Virus record (IMG/VR): IMGVR_UViG_2548876861_000004
Location: 1-17,495 of that record
Length of the DNA stretch: 17,495 bases
From: a virus
Taxonomy: Duplodnaviria > Heunggongvirae > Uroviricota > Caudoviricetes
Reading direction: 5' to 3' (one strand)
A model generated the notes under the pieces. That model saw nothing but the letters and a program-made list of their open reading frames with translations. It was not told the origin of the DNA and did not search any database. Positions within the stretch are counted from its first letter, which is position 1. Every line of letters begins with the position of its first letter. This document shows, in pieces, positions 1 through 7,478 of this stretch. The position numbers were made by a program, and so were the translations under genes.

Positions 1-644
1 GCATCCCTGGCTGCATTACCGGCTGCACTTTCTGCCGTCTTTCTTGACAATTCAGCATCTGCTGCACTTTGTGATGACTCACTGGCTTTTTGAGCGGCCG
101 CAGAGGCCGAGGACGAGGACGCCTCCTCTGACTGCTTTGCAGCGGCTGCACTTTCTGCCGCCTGCCGGGCTGACTCCGATGCATCCCCTGCTGAAGTGTC
201 AGCATTTGCAGCGCTCTCTTCTGCCTGACTGGCTGATATGCCGGCATTCCTCGCTGATGTCTCCGCCTCTCCGGCATTCTTCTTCGCCTCCTCTGCGTGA
301 CGCGCCGCTTCTTCCACCATCAGTTCAAAACGACGCATTGCCTCCGGCCGGACGTCATCCTCCGACATGGCACCGAGAAAATCATTCAGCGTCCCCGGTT
401 GAGAATCTTCATACACGGTGATGGTCCCGGCATGTGATGGAGGGAATCCCTCCACCAACAGAGTGACGCTGTACTGACCATACTCGACGTCCATGCTGTA
501 ACGCCCTGCCTCATCCGGATTTTCAGAGGCCACCGTGTTCACCACCACCGTGGTGCTGTTACGTCTGGCTTTCAGTTGAATGGTGCAGTTCTGTATTGGT
601 TTTCCTGTGCCGTCTTTCAGCACACCTGAAATCTTTACTGCCAT
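1..644 (-). CDS. stf: Side tail fibre protein Stf, N-terminal part (partial; gene continues beyond window start)
   Basis: Minus-strand ATG at 642-644 opens MAVKISGVLKDGTGKPIQNCTIQLKARRNSTTVVVNTV..., which matches the N-terminus of lambda Stf (orf-401) as I recall it. It is followed by an Ala/Ser/Glu-rich low-complexity shaft, and the frame stays open to position 1. Not in the ORF track because no stop lies in the window. Confidence 0.8.
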   Translation of the reverse strand, partial: MAVKISGVLKDGTGKPIQNCTIQLKARRNSTTVVVNTVASENPDEAGRYSMDVEYGQYSVTLLVEGFPPSHAGTITVYEDSQPGTLNDFLGAMSEDDVRPEAMRRFELMVEEAARHAEEAKKNAGEAETSARNAGISASQAEESAANADTSAGDASESARQAAESAAAAKQSEEASSSSASAAAQKASESSQSAADAELSRKTAESAAGNAARD

Positions 645-653
645 ATTCACCCC

Positions 654-682
654 ACAAAAAAGCCCGCCTGAACCGGCGGGCT
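654..682 (-). terminator. Intrinsic terminator-like hairpin downstream of lom
   Basis: Plus strand reads A-run (656-661), stem AGCCCGCC (661-668), loop TGAACC, stem GGCGGGCT (675-682). On the minus strand this is a GC-rich 8-bp stem followed directly by TTTTTT. Read by eye. Confidence 0.5.
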
Positions 683-708
683 GTCATAACACTGTGTTAC
701 CTGGCTAA

Positions 709-1332
709 TCAGAATTTATAGCCGACACCCACGATGAAGCCGTCAGTGCGCCAGTCGCCACTGCCGGAACCTTCATAAGCAAGGTCAATAACCACCGTCT
801 CTACGGGACTGAACTGAATCCCGGCATTCCAGGCCGGCGACAGATGACGCGCAGTATGACCATCACTGGCGGTGGTGGTCTCCTTCACATACCCCGGTTT
901 CACTTCATCACGTCGGTAATCCTGAACACTGTCAGACCAGCGGGTGTACGCCATCCCGGCCATGCCATAGAGACTGACCCGCTCACTGAGCTGCCAGACA
1001 GGGCCGGCCATCAGACTGACATAACGACCGCGCAGGCTTTCATAATGGAAGGTATTTTCACCCGTCTTCATCGTGTCACTTTTCTTCACCGATGCATAAC
1101 TCAGCGCGACAATGCCGCCCAGGTGATCCGTGAACTCATAACGGTATTTCACATTAATCCCTTTCAGATCGCCGGCCCTGATGCCGGTACCGGAAAGCCC
1201 CGGCGTACCGTCCGGGTGCACCTGTGTGTACCCCACAGAAAATGCACCGTGTCCGCTTTCAGCCTGTGCAGGAAAGGCAATTCCTGCCAGCAGGGTAGTA
1301 AACAATAATATCGTTGCGTATAAATGCCGCAT
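709..1332 (-). CDS. lom: Lom outer-membrane beta-barrel protein (Ail/Lom/PagC family), lysogenic-conversion cargo gene
   Basis: Track ORF 709..1368. I place the start at the internal ATG (1330-1332), which has an AAGAGG Shine-Dalgarno 5-6 nt upstream and gives MRHLYATILLFTTLLAGIAFPAQA, a typical signal peptide. The C-terminus ...YEGSGSGDWRTDGFIVGVGYKF matches lambda Lom. The track's upstream extension starts at a GTG inside the J terminator hairpin. Confidence 0.9.
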   Translation of the reverse strand: MRHLYATILLFTTLLAGIAFPAQAESGHGAFSVGYTQVHPDGTPGLSGTGIRAGDLKGINVKYRYEFTDHLGGIVALSYASVKKSDTMKTGENTFHYESLRGRYVSLMAGPVWQLSERVSLYGMAGMAYTRWSDSVQDYRRDEVKPGYVKETTTASDGHTARHLSPAWNAGIQFSPVETVVIDLAYEGSGSGDWRTDGFIVGVGYKF

Positions 1333-1354
1333 GATTACCTCTTTGTTTTCAGTC

Positions 1355-1381
1355 AATAAAAAAGGCACCTCCTGAGGTGCC
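1355..1381 (-). terminator. Intrinsic terminator-like hairpin downstream of J
   Basis: Plus strand reads AATAAAAAA GGCACCTC CT GAGGTGCC. On the minus strand this is a GC-rich 7-8 bp stem followed by TTTTTTATT, between the J stop (1401) and the lom SD. Confidence 0.55.
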
Positions 1382-1400
1382 CGTCCGGGTTAATAAACCG

Positions 1401-4400
1401 TCAGCTGATACTGATCCCTGCCGTGGATTTTTTCATGACCACAACCAGTAAATCACTGATGTACGTTGTCGGCGTCCAGTTGTTCGCACCGGCCGACGAC
1501 ACATTAAACGTCAGGGTGACATGACCCCGCCCTGCCGGCATATCTATCACCGATGAGAACACCCGGCTGACATCCGTTGCCGGTTCATGGAAAATCTCAA
1601 CCCCGTTCTTCAGCACCTGCAGCTTACAGGTGGAATACCAGTACGACTGCTGATTCGGGCTGTTGAAATTCTGGTGTTTCGTCCCGCGAAACAGCACCGG
1701 GGGAATGATAATCTGCCGGTCGAAGCCCTGGTCATCGTAAACTGTGACGGTTACCGTCCCGCTGGCATAACTGTTATTCCGGGGAAAGGCTTTCCCCACC
1801 GTCTTCACCAGGTCGCCTTCAATCTGGTTTGCAGACAGTTTCCCTCTGATGACACAGTTCTCGTTAATGGTGACATTATTGAGCGTGCCGGTATTCGCGG
1901 TAATTGCTCCGCTGATATCCGCGTTCCTTGCCGTCAGCTTTCCTTCCGGCGTCAGGGAAAATGCTGGGGGATTGCCGGACGAGGTGATGCTCACCGCAAA
2001 CAGTCGTTTCAGGAACACGTCGTTCATGAACAGCTGATTCCCCTGCGCCACAAATAACGGAGTGCTGTTGCCGCTCTCCGGATTTATCATCGCGATACGG
2101 TCAGCCAGCAGCAGTATGTTGCTCAGTGGCTGGCCATCAGTATCCTCAATCCCTGCACCAATCCCGGCCACATAGGGAATGCCGTCTTTCGTTTTTTGAA
2201 CCTTCAGCATGTACAGCGCAGCCAGGTCATCATTTGTGTCCTTCTGCACGCGCTGTATCTGCTGTATGGTGGCGCTCTGGTTCTCCAGTGTTTTACTGAC
2301 CGTCTGTGTGATTTCATTGCGGGTTTCGGTGATGGTGGTCTTCATCTCCGCCATCTCATCTGCAAGCTGGCTGTTATCTATCAGTTCCCACAACCCCTGA
2401 GCCAGATGCAGTTTTCCTATTTTTTCCCGGAAAAATTCCAGATACCCTTCACCATCATTGCTGGGCTGCCCGCTGACTTCCACAAACGCAGATTTCCCCA
2501 CCAGGTTGACGCTGCGCACGTAAAACCAGAAATCCGTCCCCGGCTTAATCCGGCTTCCCTGGACAGTCCACTGACTGCCGCTCCCCAGATAACGGGCAGA
2601 TTTTTCCACCTGTGCCGTGTTCGTGATGCGTTTTTCCGAAAACCAGAACTCAAACTGTACCGTCGGGTCATACACCGCAAGACGCGGGACCGCTGTTATC
2701 TGAAAATAGCCCGGTGTCAGCTCAATCGTGGCGGGTACCGCAGGTGCATTAATCCTGAACGTGGTGGTGGCCGGTTCCCCCTGCTGGCCATAACTGTTAA
2801 TTGCCCTGACTGTCAGGGTGTATTCCCCGAGCGGCAGACCACTGAAACGATGCTCTGTATCCGCAGTGATGGCGGTGGTCACCAGACGGCTGTCCTGACC
2901 GCTTCCACTGGTCAGGCGCAGACTGAAGCGCACGCCCTTCACCACCCGCGGCGTGTCCCATTTCGCCTGTGCCAGATACTGACCGTCAGCCGCGCTCACC
3001 TCCACCGTCAGGTGCTGCACTGCCGGTGGAATAACGCTGTTCAGGGTGCCTGACTGCGGCTCAAAGCTGGCCCCGTTATCCACGATGGCTTCTTTTTCCG
3101 GTACGTGCTGCACCGCCGTGATGGCAAAGGTGCCGTCCGTGTTTTCCCGGATGGAGACACAGCGGAACAGGCGACGACGCAGTGACGGCAGGGAGAGTCC
3201 CCATACACCGTATGTCTCCACACCATCAGGCAGGGTGCTGACCTGTATCCGGTCCGGCGCGGGGTGTGCAGTGATGGCCACGCTCACCGGCTTACCGCTG
3301 CCGTTAATCAGGTTCACCGTGGCGGCACCTGTCTCCGGCAGGGTCACCTCACGGTCCAGTGTCAGGGTGCGGCTGGCGGCATCGATGGACAGGATACGTC
3401 CGCCGGTCATGGTCCCGGCATAGTCGTTATCACAGATTTCAATAATGTCACCGGGTGTGTGACGTAGCCCCTGTGACCCGAGCGTGAAATCCACCGTCTG
3501 CGTTTCCAGCAGTCCGGTCTTTATCACCCACAGCCCGGCACGGTGGGCCTGACCGCGACTGGTGCAGCCGAACGCATCCATCTTCAGCAGGTTGCGCCCG
3601 TAGCGCAGTATGGCTTCCGGGTCTTCCACCAGTTCCGTGGAGGTCTGCCAGCCGTTCTGCGGGTCGGTGTAATTCACCTCCACCGCCGTGTGGCGGTCCT
3701 TCAGGGCGCTGAAGCTGTAGCGAACCCCCACGCCGTTATCATCCACCACCACATCGCAGTTGGTGTACGGCCACACCACATCCGACGGGCGGTCCTGAAC
3801 GAACGTCAGCGTCTGGCCGTTCCATACCGGCATACAGCGCATCGCCGAGCAGAAATCACTGAGAACGTCCCACGCCTTACGCTGTTGTGACAGGTACGCA
3901 TTAAAGGTCATCCGCGGCTCTGTGCCCCCGAAACCATCCGGGACCGTCTGGTCGCAGTACTGCGCAATGGCATACAGCGCCCACTTGTCCACATCCGCCG
4001 CCCCCAGGCGTTTTCCCATGCCGTAGCGCGGGTGAGTCAGCATGTCCCACAGGCACCAGACCGGGTTATTGCTGTATGCCGGTTTCAGGCTGCCGTCCCA
4101 GATGCCGCTGTACGTGCGTTTTTCCGGGTCATAGTTTGACGGCACCTGGATGATGCGACCTCGGATATGGTAGTTCACCGTCATCTGCTGACCGCCAAAC
4201 TGCTCCGCATCCACCTGCAGCCCCACAATCGCCGTGTTCGGGTAGCACTGTTTCACATCGATGATTTCGGTGTATGACGACCAGAGCGTCTTATTCTGCA
4301 GCTGGTCCGAGGTGCTGTCCGCTGTCTCCCGGACCATCCGGATGTTAAAGGGCCGCTCAGGCAGATTATCCAGAATCACCGACGCCAGAAACTGCGAGGT

Positions 4401-4877
4401 GGTCTTGCCGTTAATGGTGACATCCTTTTCCGTCACCCAGTTACCGTTACGCTGCAACTGAATCAGCAGTCGGACAGAAGAGGGATTACGGTCGCCCTTT
4501 GAGGTGGTCTCCAACAGTGACTGCACCCCGAAGGTGACCCGCAGGCGGTCAATGTTCGCGGACGTAATGGTGCGCGTCACCGGCTTTGCTTTCGTCACTT
4601 CCACGCCCAGTGCGGTTTCCGCCCCGGAGGACTCAAAGCCTTCAGGTGGTGTCTGCTCCTGCTCCCCGGCGCGCCAGACCGCTGTCACACCATGTATCAC
4701 AGGATTACCGTCCGTGTCCGTCAGCGGGGTTTTGTTCACCAGGATACTCTGCAGCCCCTTCACCGGACCTTCAATCGGCCCTTCACCAATGGCATCAATC
4801 ACGCTCATCATCTGCGTGGACTTAAGATTGTCCTTTGCCTCAACCGGCGTGTGCGCCTTGCCGCCACCTTTACCCAC
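1401..4877 (-). CDS. J: Tail tip / central tail fibre protein J (host specificity protein)
   Basis: 1158-aa ORF. The N-terminus [22 protein letters not shown]... and the long central region match lambda gpJ (1132 aa) from recalled sequence. The start codon is GTG (plus-strand CAC at 4875-4877), preceded by AGGAGAGGGGGA. The C-terminal ~300 aa diverge from lambda. Confidence 0.95.
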   Translation of the reverse strand: MGKGGGKAHTPVEAKDNLKSTQMMSVIDAIGEGPIEGPVKGLQSILVNKTPLTDTDGNPVIHGVTAVWRAGEQEQTPPEGFESSGAETALGVEVTKAKPVTRTITSANIDRLRVTFGVQSLLETTSKGDRNPSSVRLLIQLQRNGNWVTEKDVTINGKTTSQFLASVILDNLPERPFNIRMVRETADSTSDQLQNKTLWSSYTEIIDVKQCYPNTAIVGLQVDAEQFGGQQMTVNYHIRGRIIQVPSNYDPEKRTYSGIWDGSLKPAYSNNPVWCLWDMLTHPRYGMGKRLGAADVDKWALYAIAQYCDQTVPDGFGGTEPRMTFNAYLSQQRKAWDVLSDFCSAMRCMPVWNGQTLTFVQDRPSDVVWPYTNCDVVVDDNGVGVRYSFSALKDRHTAVEVNYTDPQNGWQTSTELVEDPEAILRYGRNLLKMDAFGCTSRGQAHRAGLWVIKTGLLETQTVDFTLGSQGLRHTPGDIIEICDNDYAGTMTGGRILSIDAASRTLTLDREVTLPETGAATVNLINGSGKPVSVAITAHPAPDRIQVSTLPDGVETYGVWGLSLPSLRRRLFRCVSIRENTDGTFAITAVQHVPEKEAIVDNGASFEPQSGTLNSVIPPAVQHLTVEVSAADGQYLAQAKWDTPRVVKGVRFSLRLTSGSGQDSRLVTTAITADTEHRFSGLPLGEYTLTVRAINSYGQQGEPATTTFRINAPAVPATIELTPGYFQITAVPRLAVYDPTVQFEFWFSEKRITNTAQVEKSARYLGSGSQWTVQGSRIKPGTDFWFYVRSVNLVGKSAFVEVSGQPSNDGEGYLEFFREKIGKLHLAQGLWELIDNSQLADEMAEMKTTITETRNEITQTVSKTLENQSATIQQIQRVQKDTNDDLAALYMLKVQKTKDGIPYVAGIGAGIEDTDGQPLSNILLLADRIAMINPESGNSTPLFVAQGNQLFMNDVFLKRLFAVSITSSGNPPAFSLTPEGKLTARNADISGAITANTGTLNNVTINENCVIRGKLSANQIEGDLVKTVGKAFPRNNSYASGTVTVTVYDDQGFDRQIIIPPVLFRGTKHQNFNSPNQQSYWYSTCKLQVLKNGVEIFHEPATDVSRVFSSVIDMPAGRGHVTLTFNVSSAGANNWTPTTYISDLLVVVMKKSTAGISIS

Positions 4878-4920
4878 TCTGTCCCCCTCTCCTGTCTGAT
4901 GTCTGAATCTGTTTATGCCC

Positions 4921-4952
4921 CAAAAACGACAGGCACCCCGGAGGGTGCCTGT
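4921..4952 (-). terminator. Terminator-like hairpin in the I-J spacer, oriented with the operon
   Basis: Perfect 10-bp stem ACAGGCACCC (4929-4938) / GGGTGCCTGT (4943-4952) with loop CGGA. On the minus strand it is followed, after a 2-nt spacer, by TTTTT then GGGG. It sits about 45 nt upstream of the J start. Confidence 0.4.
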
Positions 4953-5085
4953 GTCATGACGGAATAAAATTTCTGAATTTCTTCACATTTTCTGTACGCC
5001 CCCGTGGCAGATATCATTCCCGGGCGTTACAGTTTTTTCGGGCCAATAAAAACAAAACTCCCTGTGGTTAATCTTCATTTTCTGT

Positions 5086-5118
5086 TCCCGCAGCCTCCAT
5101 ACACTGCGGGATTTTTTT
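5086..5118 (+). terminator. Terminator-like hairpin with T7 run, plus-strand orientation (convergent with gene I)
   Basis: Stem CCCGCAG (5087-5093) / CTGCGGG (5104-5110) with a 10-nt loop, then A followed by TTTTTTT (5112-5118) on the plus strand. It lies immediately 3' of the I stop codon (5124-5126). On the minus strand the run reads as A7 upstream of the stem, so it is not a minus-strand terminator. Confidence 0.4.
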
Positions 5119-5123
5119 ATGCT

Positions 5124-5804
5124 TTACCCCTGCCGCCCGATAACCACCACCTTCCCGCCACCACCTTCATCACGGGTGCTGATGTCCTGGGAGATTCGCC
5201 GGGAGCCAACCAGCATTTCACCGTAAGGCACCGGCATCGGGTTCCCCTGGGCAATCATGTTGTCCAGTGACGAAAAATACGTGTTCTGTTTACCGTTATC
5301 CGTACTTTTGTACTCCGGCGTCTTTGCCTTCGGGGCCAGCATCTGAGCCACACCGCCCAGTATCATGCTGGCACCCAGTGAAAACAGCATCGTGGTGGCA
5401 GAAAAACCACCGGCTGCCAGGGCTGAACCCCATAACGCCATCGAGCCTCCGGCCGTGAAGAAAGAGCCCACGATGGCTGCCGCCCCCAGCACAATCTGCA
5501 GTCCGCCTTTCCCTGCACCGGCCAGTCGCGGCACAATATGGATGACCGTTCCCTCACCCAGAGGTTCGTGAAGACGGGCGTACACCGCCTCCGGTGCCGT
5601 GTCCTCACCGCGAATACGTATCTGGTACCAGCCTTCGTTCATCTGACGGCGGAATCCCGGCATCTGCATCGACAGGGCACGGATGGCTTCCGCTGCCGTG
5701 TTCACATACAGGCTGAGGCGGCGGCCAAATCGTTGCAAATCCCCGTGAAGGCAGATGCGTGCCAGTGGCGGTGACGCCAGACAGAATGCGTTCGTCGTTG
5801 CCAT
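5124..5804 (-). CDS. I: Tail assembly protein I
   Basis: 226-aa ORF, ATG start at 5802-5804 with GGAGAGG SD. MATTNAFCLASPPLARICLHGDLQRFGRR... matches lambda gpI. The Gly/Ala-rich C-terminal half is hydrophobic. The 5' 103 nt overlap the 3' end of K, as in lambda. Confidence 0.9.
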   Translation of the reverse strand: MATTNAFCLASPPLARICLHGDLQRFGRRLSLYVNTAAEAIRALSMQMPGFRRQMNEGWYQIRIRGEDTAPEAVYARLHEPLGEGTVIHIVPRLAGAGKGGLQIVLGAAAIVGSFFTAGGSMALWGSALAAGGFSATTMLFSLGASMILGGVAQMLAPKAKTPEYKSTDNGKQNTYFSSLDNMIAQGNPMPVPYGEMLVGSRRISQDISTRDEGGGGKVVVIGRQG

Positions 5805-6445
5805 TTTTCGGAATACCTCTCCCGTTTACTCAGTTGTTCAGGCAGATGGTGAAGCAGTTCACCGTTGCCGCAGTAAATGGCGGCATGATTGGCCACCGAT
5901 GCGCCAAAGCAGCACAGCAGGATATCGCCCGCCTGTGCAGAGGACAGGGGCACCCGGTAAAAGCCGGTGACCGCCATATTGTCCAGGTAAAGGTTCTGAC
6001 CGTTGCGCCACCAGTCATCCTCACGCTCAAAACCCGGCATATCAATTCCCGCCAGATGGTAGGCATCCCGGAACAGCGTGTAACAGTCCGTCACCCCGTG
6101 CTCAAAGCGCCGTCCCGTCAGGTGCGGCACGCAGCGGAATTTGTGAATGTCACCCCGGCAGACCAGCCACCAGGGCAGTGCGCTTTTTATCTGCAGCCGC
6201 CGGTCAGCCTCGCTCAGCCAAGGCAGACCACCGGGATGACTGTGGACCAGTGCCACAATCTCCCCCTGCATCTCTGCCCGCAGCCAGTCTTCCGGTGCAA
6301 TACGAAAATACGCCTCCGGCTCTGCAGAGATATTCACACAAGGGATATACCGCTCCCCCTCCGGCGTTCTCACCACGAAGCCGCACGACTCCGCAGGCAC
6401 ACACCGCCGGGCATGCGCCAGAATCGCTGATTCTGTCTGTGTCAT
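5702..6445 (-). CDS. K: Tail assembly protein K (JAMM/MPN metallopeptidase plus NlpC/P60-like domain)
   Basis: 247-aa ORF starting MTQTESAILAHARR, as in lambda K. It carries a perfect JAMM motif, HSHPGGLPWLSEAD (HxHx7Sx2D). ATG at 6443-6445, 5 nt after the L stop. Confidence 0.9.
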   Translation of the reverse strand: MTQTESAILAHARRCVPAESCGFVVRTPEGERYIPCVNISAEPEAYFRIAPEDWLRAEMQGEIVALVHSHPGGLPWLSEADRRLQIKSALPWWLVCRGDIHKFRCVPHLTGRRFEHGVTDCYTLFRDAYHLAGIDMPGFEREDDWWRNGQNLYLDNMAVTGFYRVPLSSAQAGDILLCCFGASVANHAAIYCGNGELLHHLPEQLSKRERYSEKWQRRTHSVWRHRHWHASAFTGICNDLAAASACM

Positions 6446-6450
6446 TGGAT

Positions 6451-7149
6451 TTACTGCGAAAGTTTGTTAATGGAAAGGAAACCGCCAAAATTAGCCACCA
6501 TGCCGCGCATCTCACACCCGCGCATGCACTTGCTGCATCTGTCCTTACGGATATCGGTGGTGGGTTTATCGAACTCATCCGCCACCGCAGGACCGTTATA
6601 CCCGCATTCATCTCCCCGGTAATCCCACATACAGGTGTTCGCCAGCATGATGCGACCGGGAAACAGCGCTCCGTCCGTCTCCGTCGGTGTTGCCAGCACA
6701 AACGAGGCTGTCATGGCCGTCAGCTCTGACATCTGCTCCACCACCCAGCGGTCGCTCAGCTCCTGCTCCGGGTCCGCTTCCGGATTGCCCGCCACAAAAT
6801 TCACCGCATCCAGAAAACGGGCATACACCCGGCGGCGGACCACCGTGGCCCCCACCAGGCTCTGCAGGTCCTCCGCCATTCCGGTGACCAGACCGAACAG
6901 ATTGGACACCGTCAGTGACGGGCGGGCACTGCTGCCCTTCCCGTTCATCTCAAAACCGCTGCCGTCAATCGGGTATGCCTGATATTGCCGCCCCTGCCAG
7001 GTAACCGCCTCCCCTTTTTCATTCAGCTCATTGCAGAAAAAATACCGCTCACCACCCTGTACCGTCAGGTCGATTTCCCAGAGTACCACCCGCGGTGACT
7101 GCTCTGATTTAACCGACTCGTTCAGACTTTCTTCGTGAATATCCTGCAT
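6451..7149 (-). CDS. L: Minor tail protein L
   Basis: 232 aa, the same length as lambda gpL. The Cys-rich C-terminal motif (CSKCMRGCEMRGMVANFGGFLSINKLSQ) matches lambda gpL. The start ATG overlaps the M stop (TGATG). Confidence 0.92.
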   Translation of the reverse strand: MQDIHEESLNESVKSEQSPRVVLWEIDLTVQGGERYFFCNELNEKGEAVTWQGRQYQAYPIDGSGFEMNGKGSSARPSLTVSNLFGLVTGMAEDLQSLVGATVVRRRVYARFLDAVNFVAGNPEADPEQELSDRWVVEQMSELTAMTASFVLATPTETDGALFPGRIMLANTCMWDYRGDECGYNGPAVADEFDKPTTDIRKDRCSKCMRGCEMRGMVANFGGFLSINKLSQ

Positions 7150-7478
7150 CAGTTCACCACCTGCTTAAACTCCGCGCTGAATTCAACCCGCAGCATGCGA
7201 ACCCGTGATGACCAGGCGGCACAGGTCACCTTTATCTGCCGCCAGGCATAAGGCGGTGTCCACAGAAACGCCTTCCAGCCACCGTGCTCTGCCAGGAATG
7301 CCTCCAGATGTCGGGCCTCCTCCCGGGTCACGGAAAGCGTCACACGGTATGTTTTCAGGTCAGCATTCAGCCCCGCCGCCATACGCTGCGAATACCCGTC
7401 ACCAAAACGCACTTCACGCACCGATGGCTGCGAGTTCACCTCCATATCCGGCTTCACTTTCCAGCGAAATGTTTTCAT
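7149..7478 (-). CDS. M: Minor tail protein M
   Basis: 109 aa, the same length as lambda gpM. ATG at 7476-7478 overlaps the H stop (ATGA); GGAGG SD upstream. Confidence 0.92.
   Translation of the reverse strand: MKTFRWKVKPDMEVNSQPSVREVRFGDGYSQRMAAGLNADLKTYRVTLSVTREEARHLEAFLAEHGGWKAFLWTPPYAWRQIKVTCAAWSSRVRMLRVEFSAEFKQVVN

Noticed and set aside
44-421. 125-aa plus-strand ORF at the window start
   Set aside because: Antisense to the stf N-terminal coding region, which matches lambda Stf in the minus-strand frame. Pro/Leu/Arg-rich with no start context.
1333-1368. N-terminal extension of lom proposed by the ORF track (MPFLLTENKEVIM...)
   Set aside because: It begins at a GTG inside the J terminator hairpin and would place the RBS inside the coding sequence. 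The internal ATG at 1330-1332 has an SD and gives a canonical signal peptide.
2196-3053. 285-aa plus-strand ORF (and other plus-strand ORFs from 1587 to 4967) inside J
   Set aside because: All lie antisense to J, whose frame is supported along its full length. No independent coding signal.
5759-6430. 223-aa plus-strand ORF and the minus-strand 6204..6701 ORF overlapping K and L
   Set aside because: Alternative-frame or antisense ORFs inside K and L with Arg/Pro-rich composition. K and L are supported by homology and gene-junction signals.
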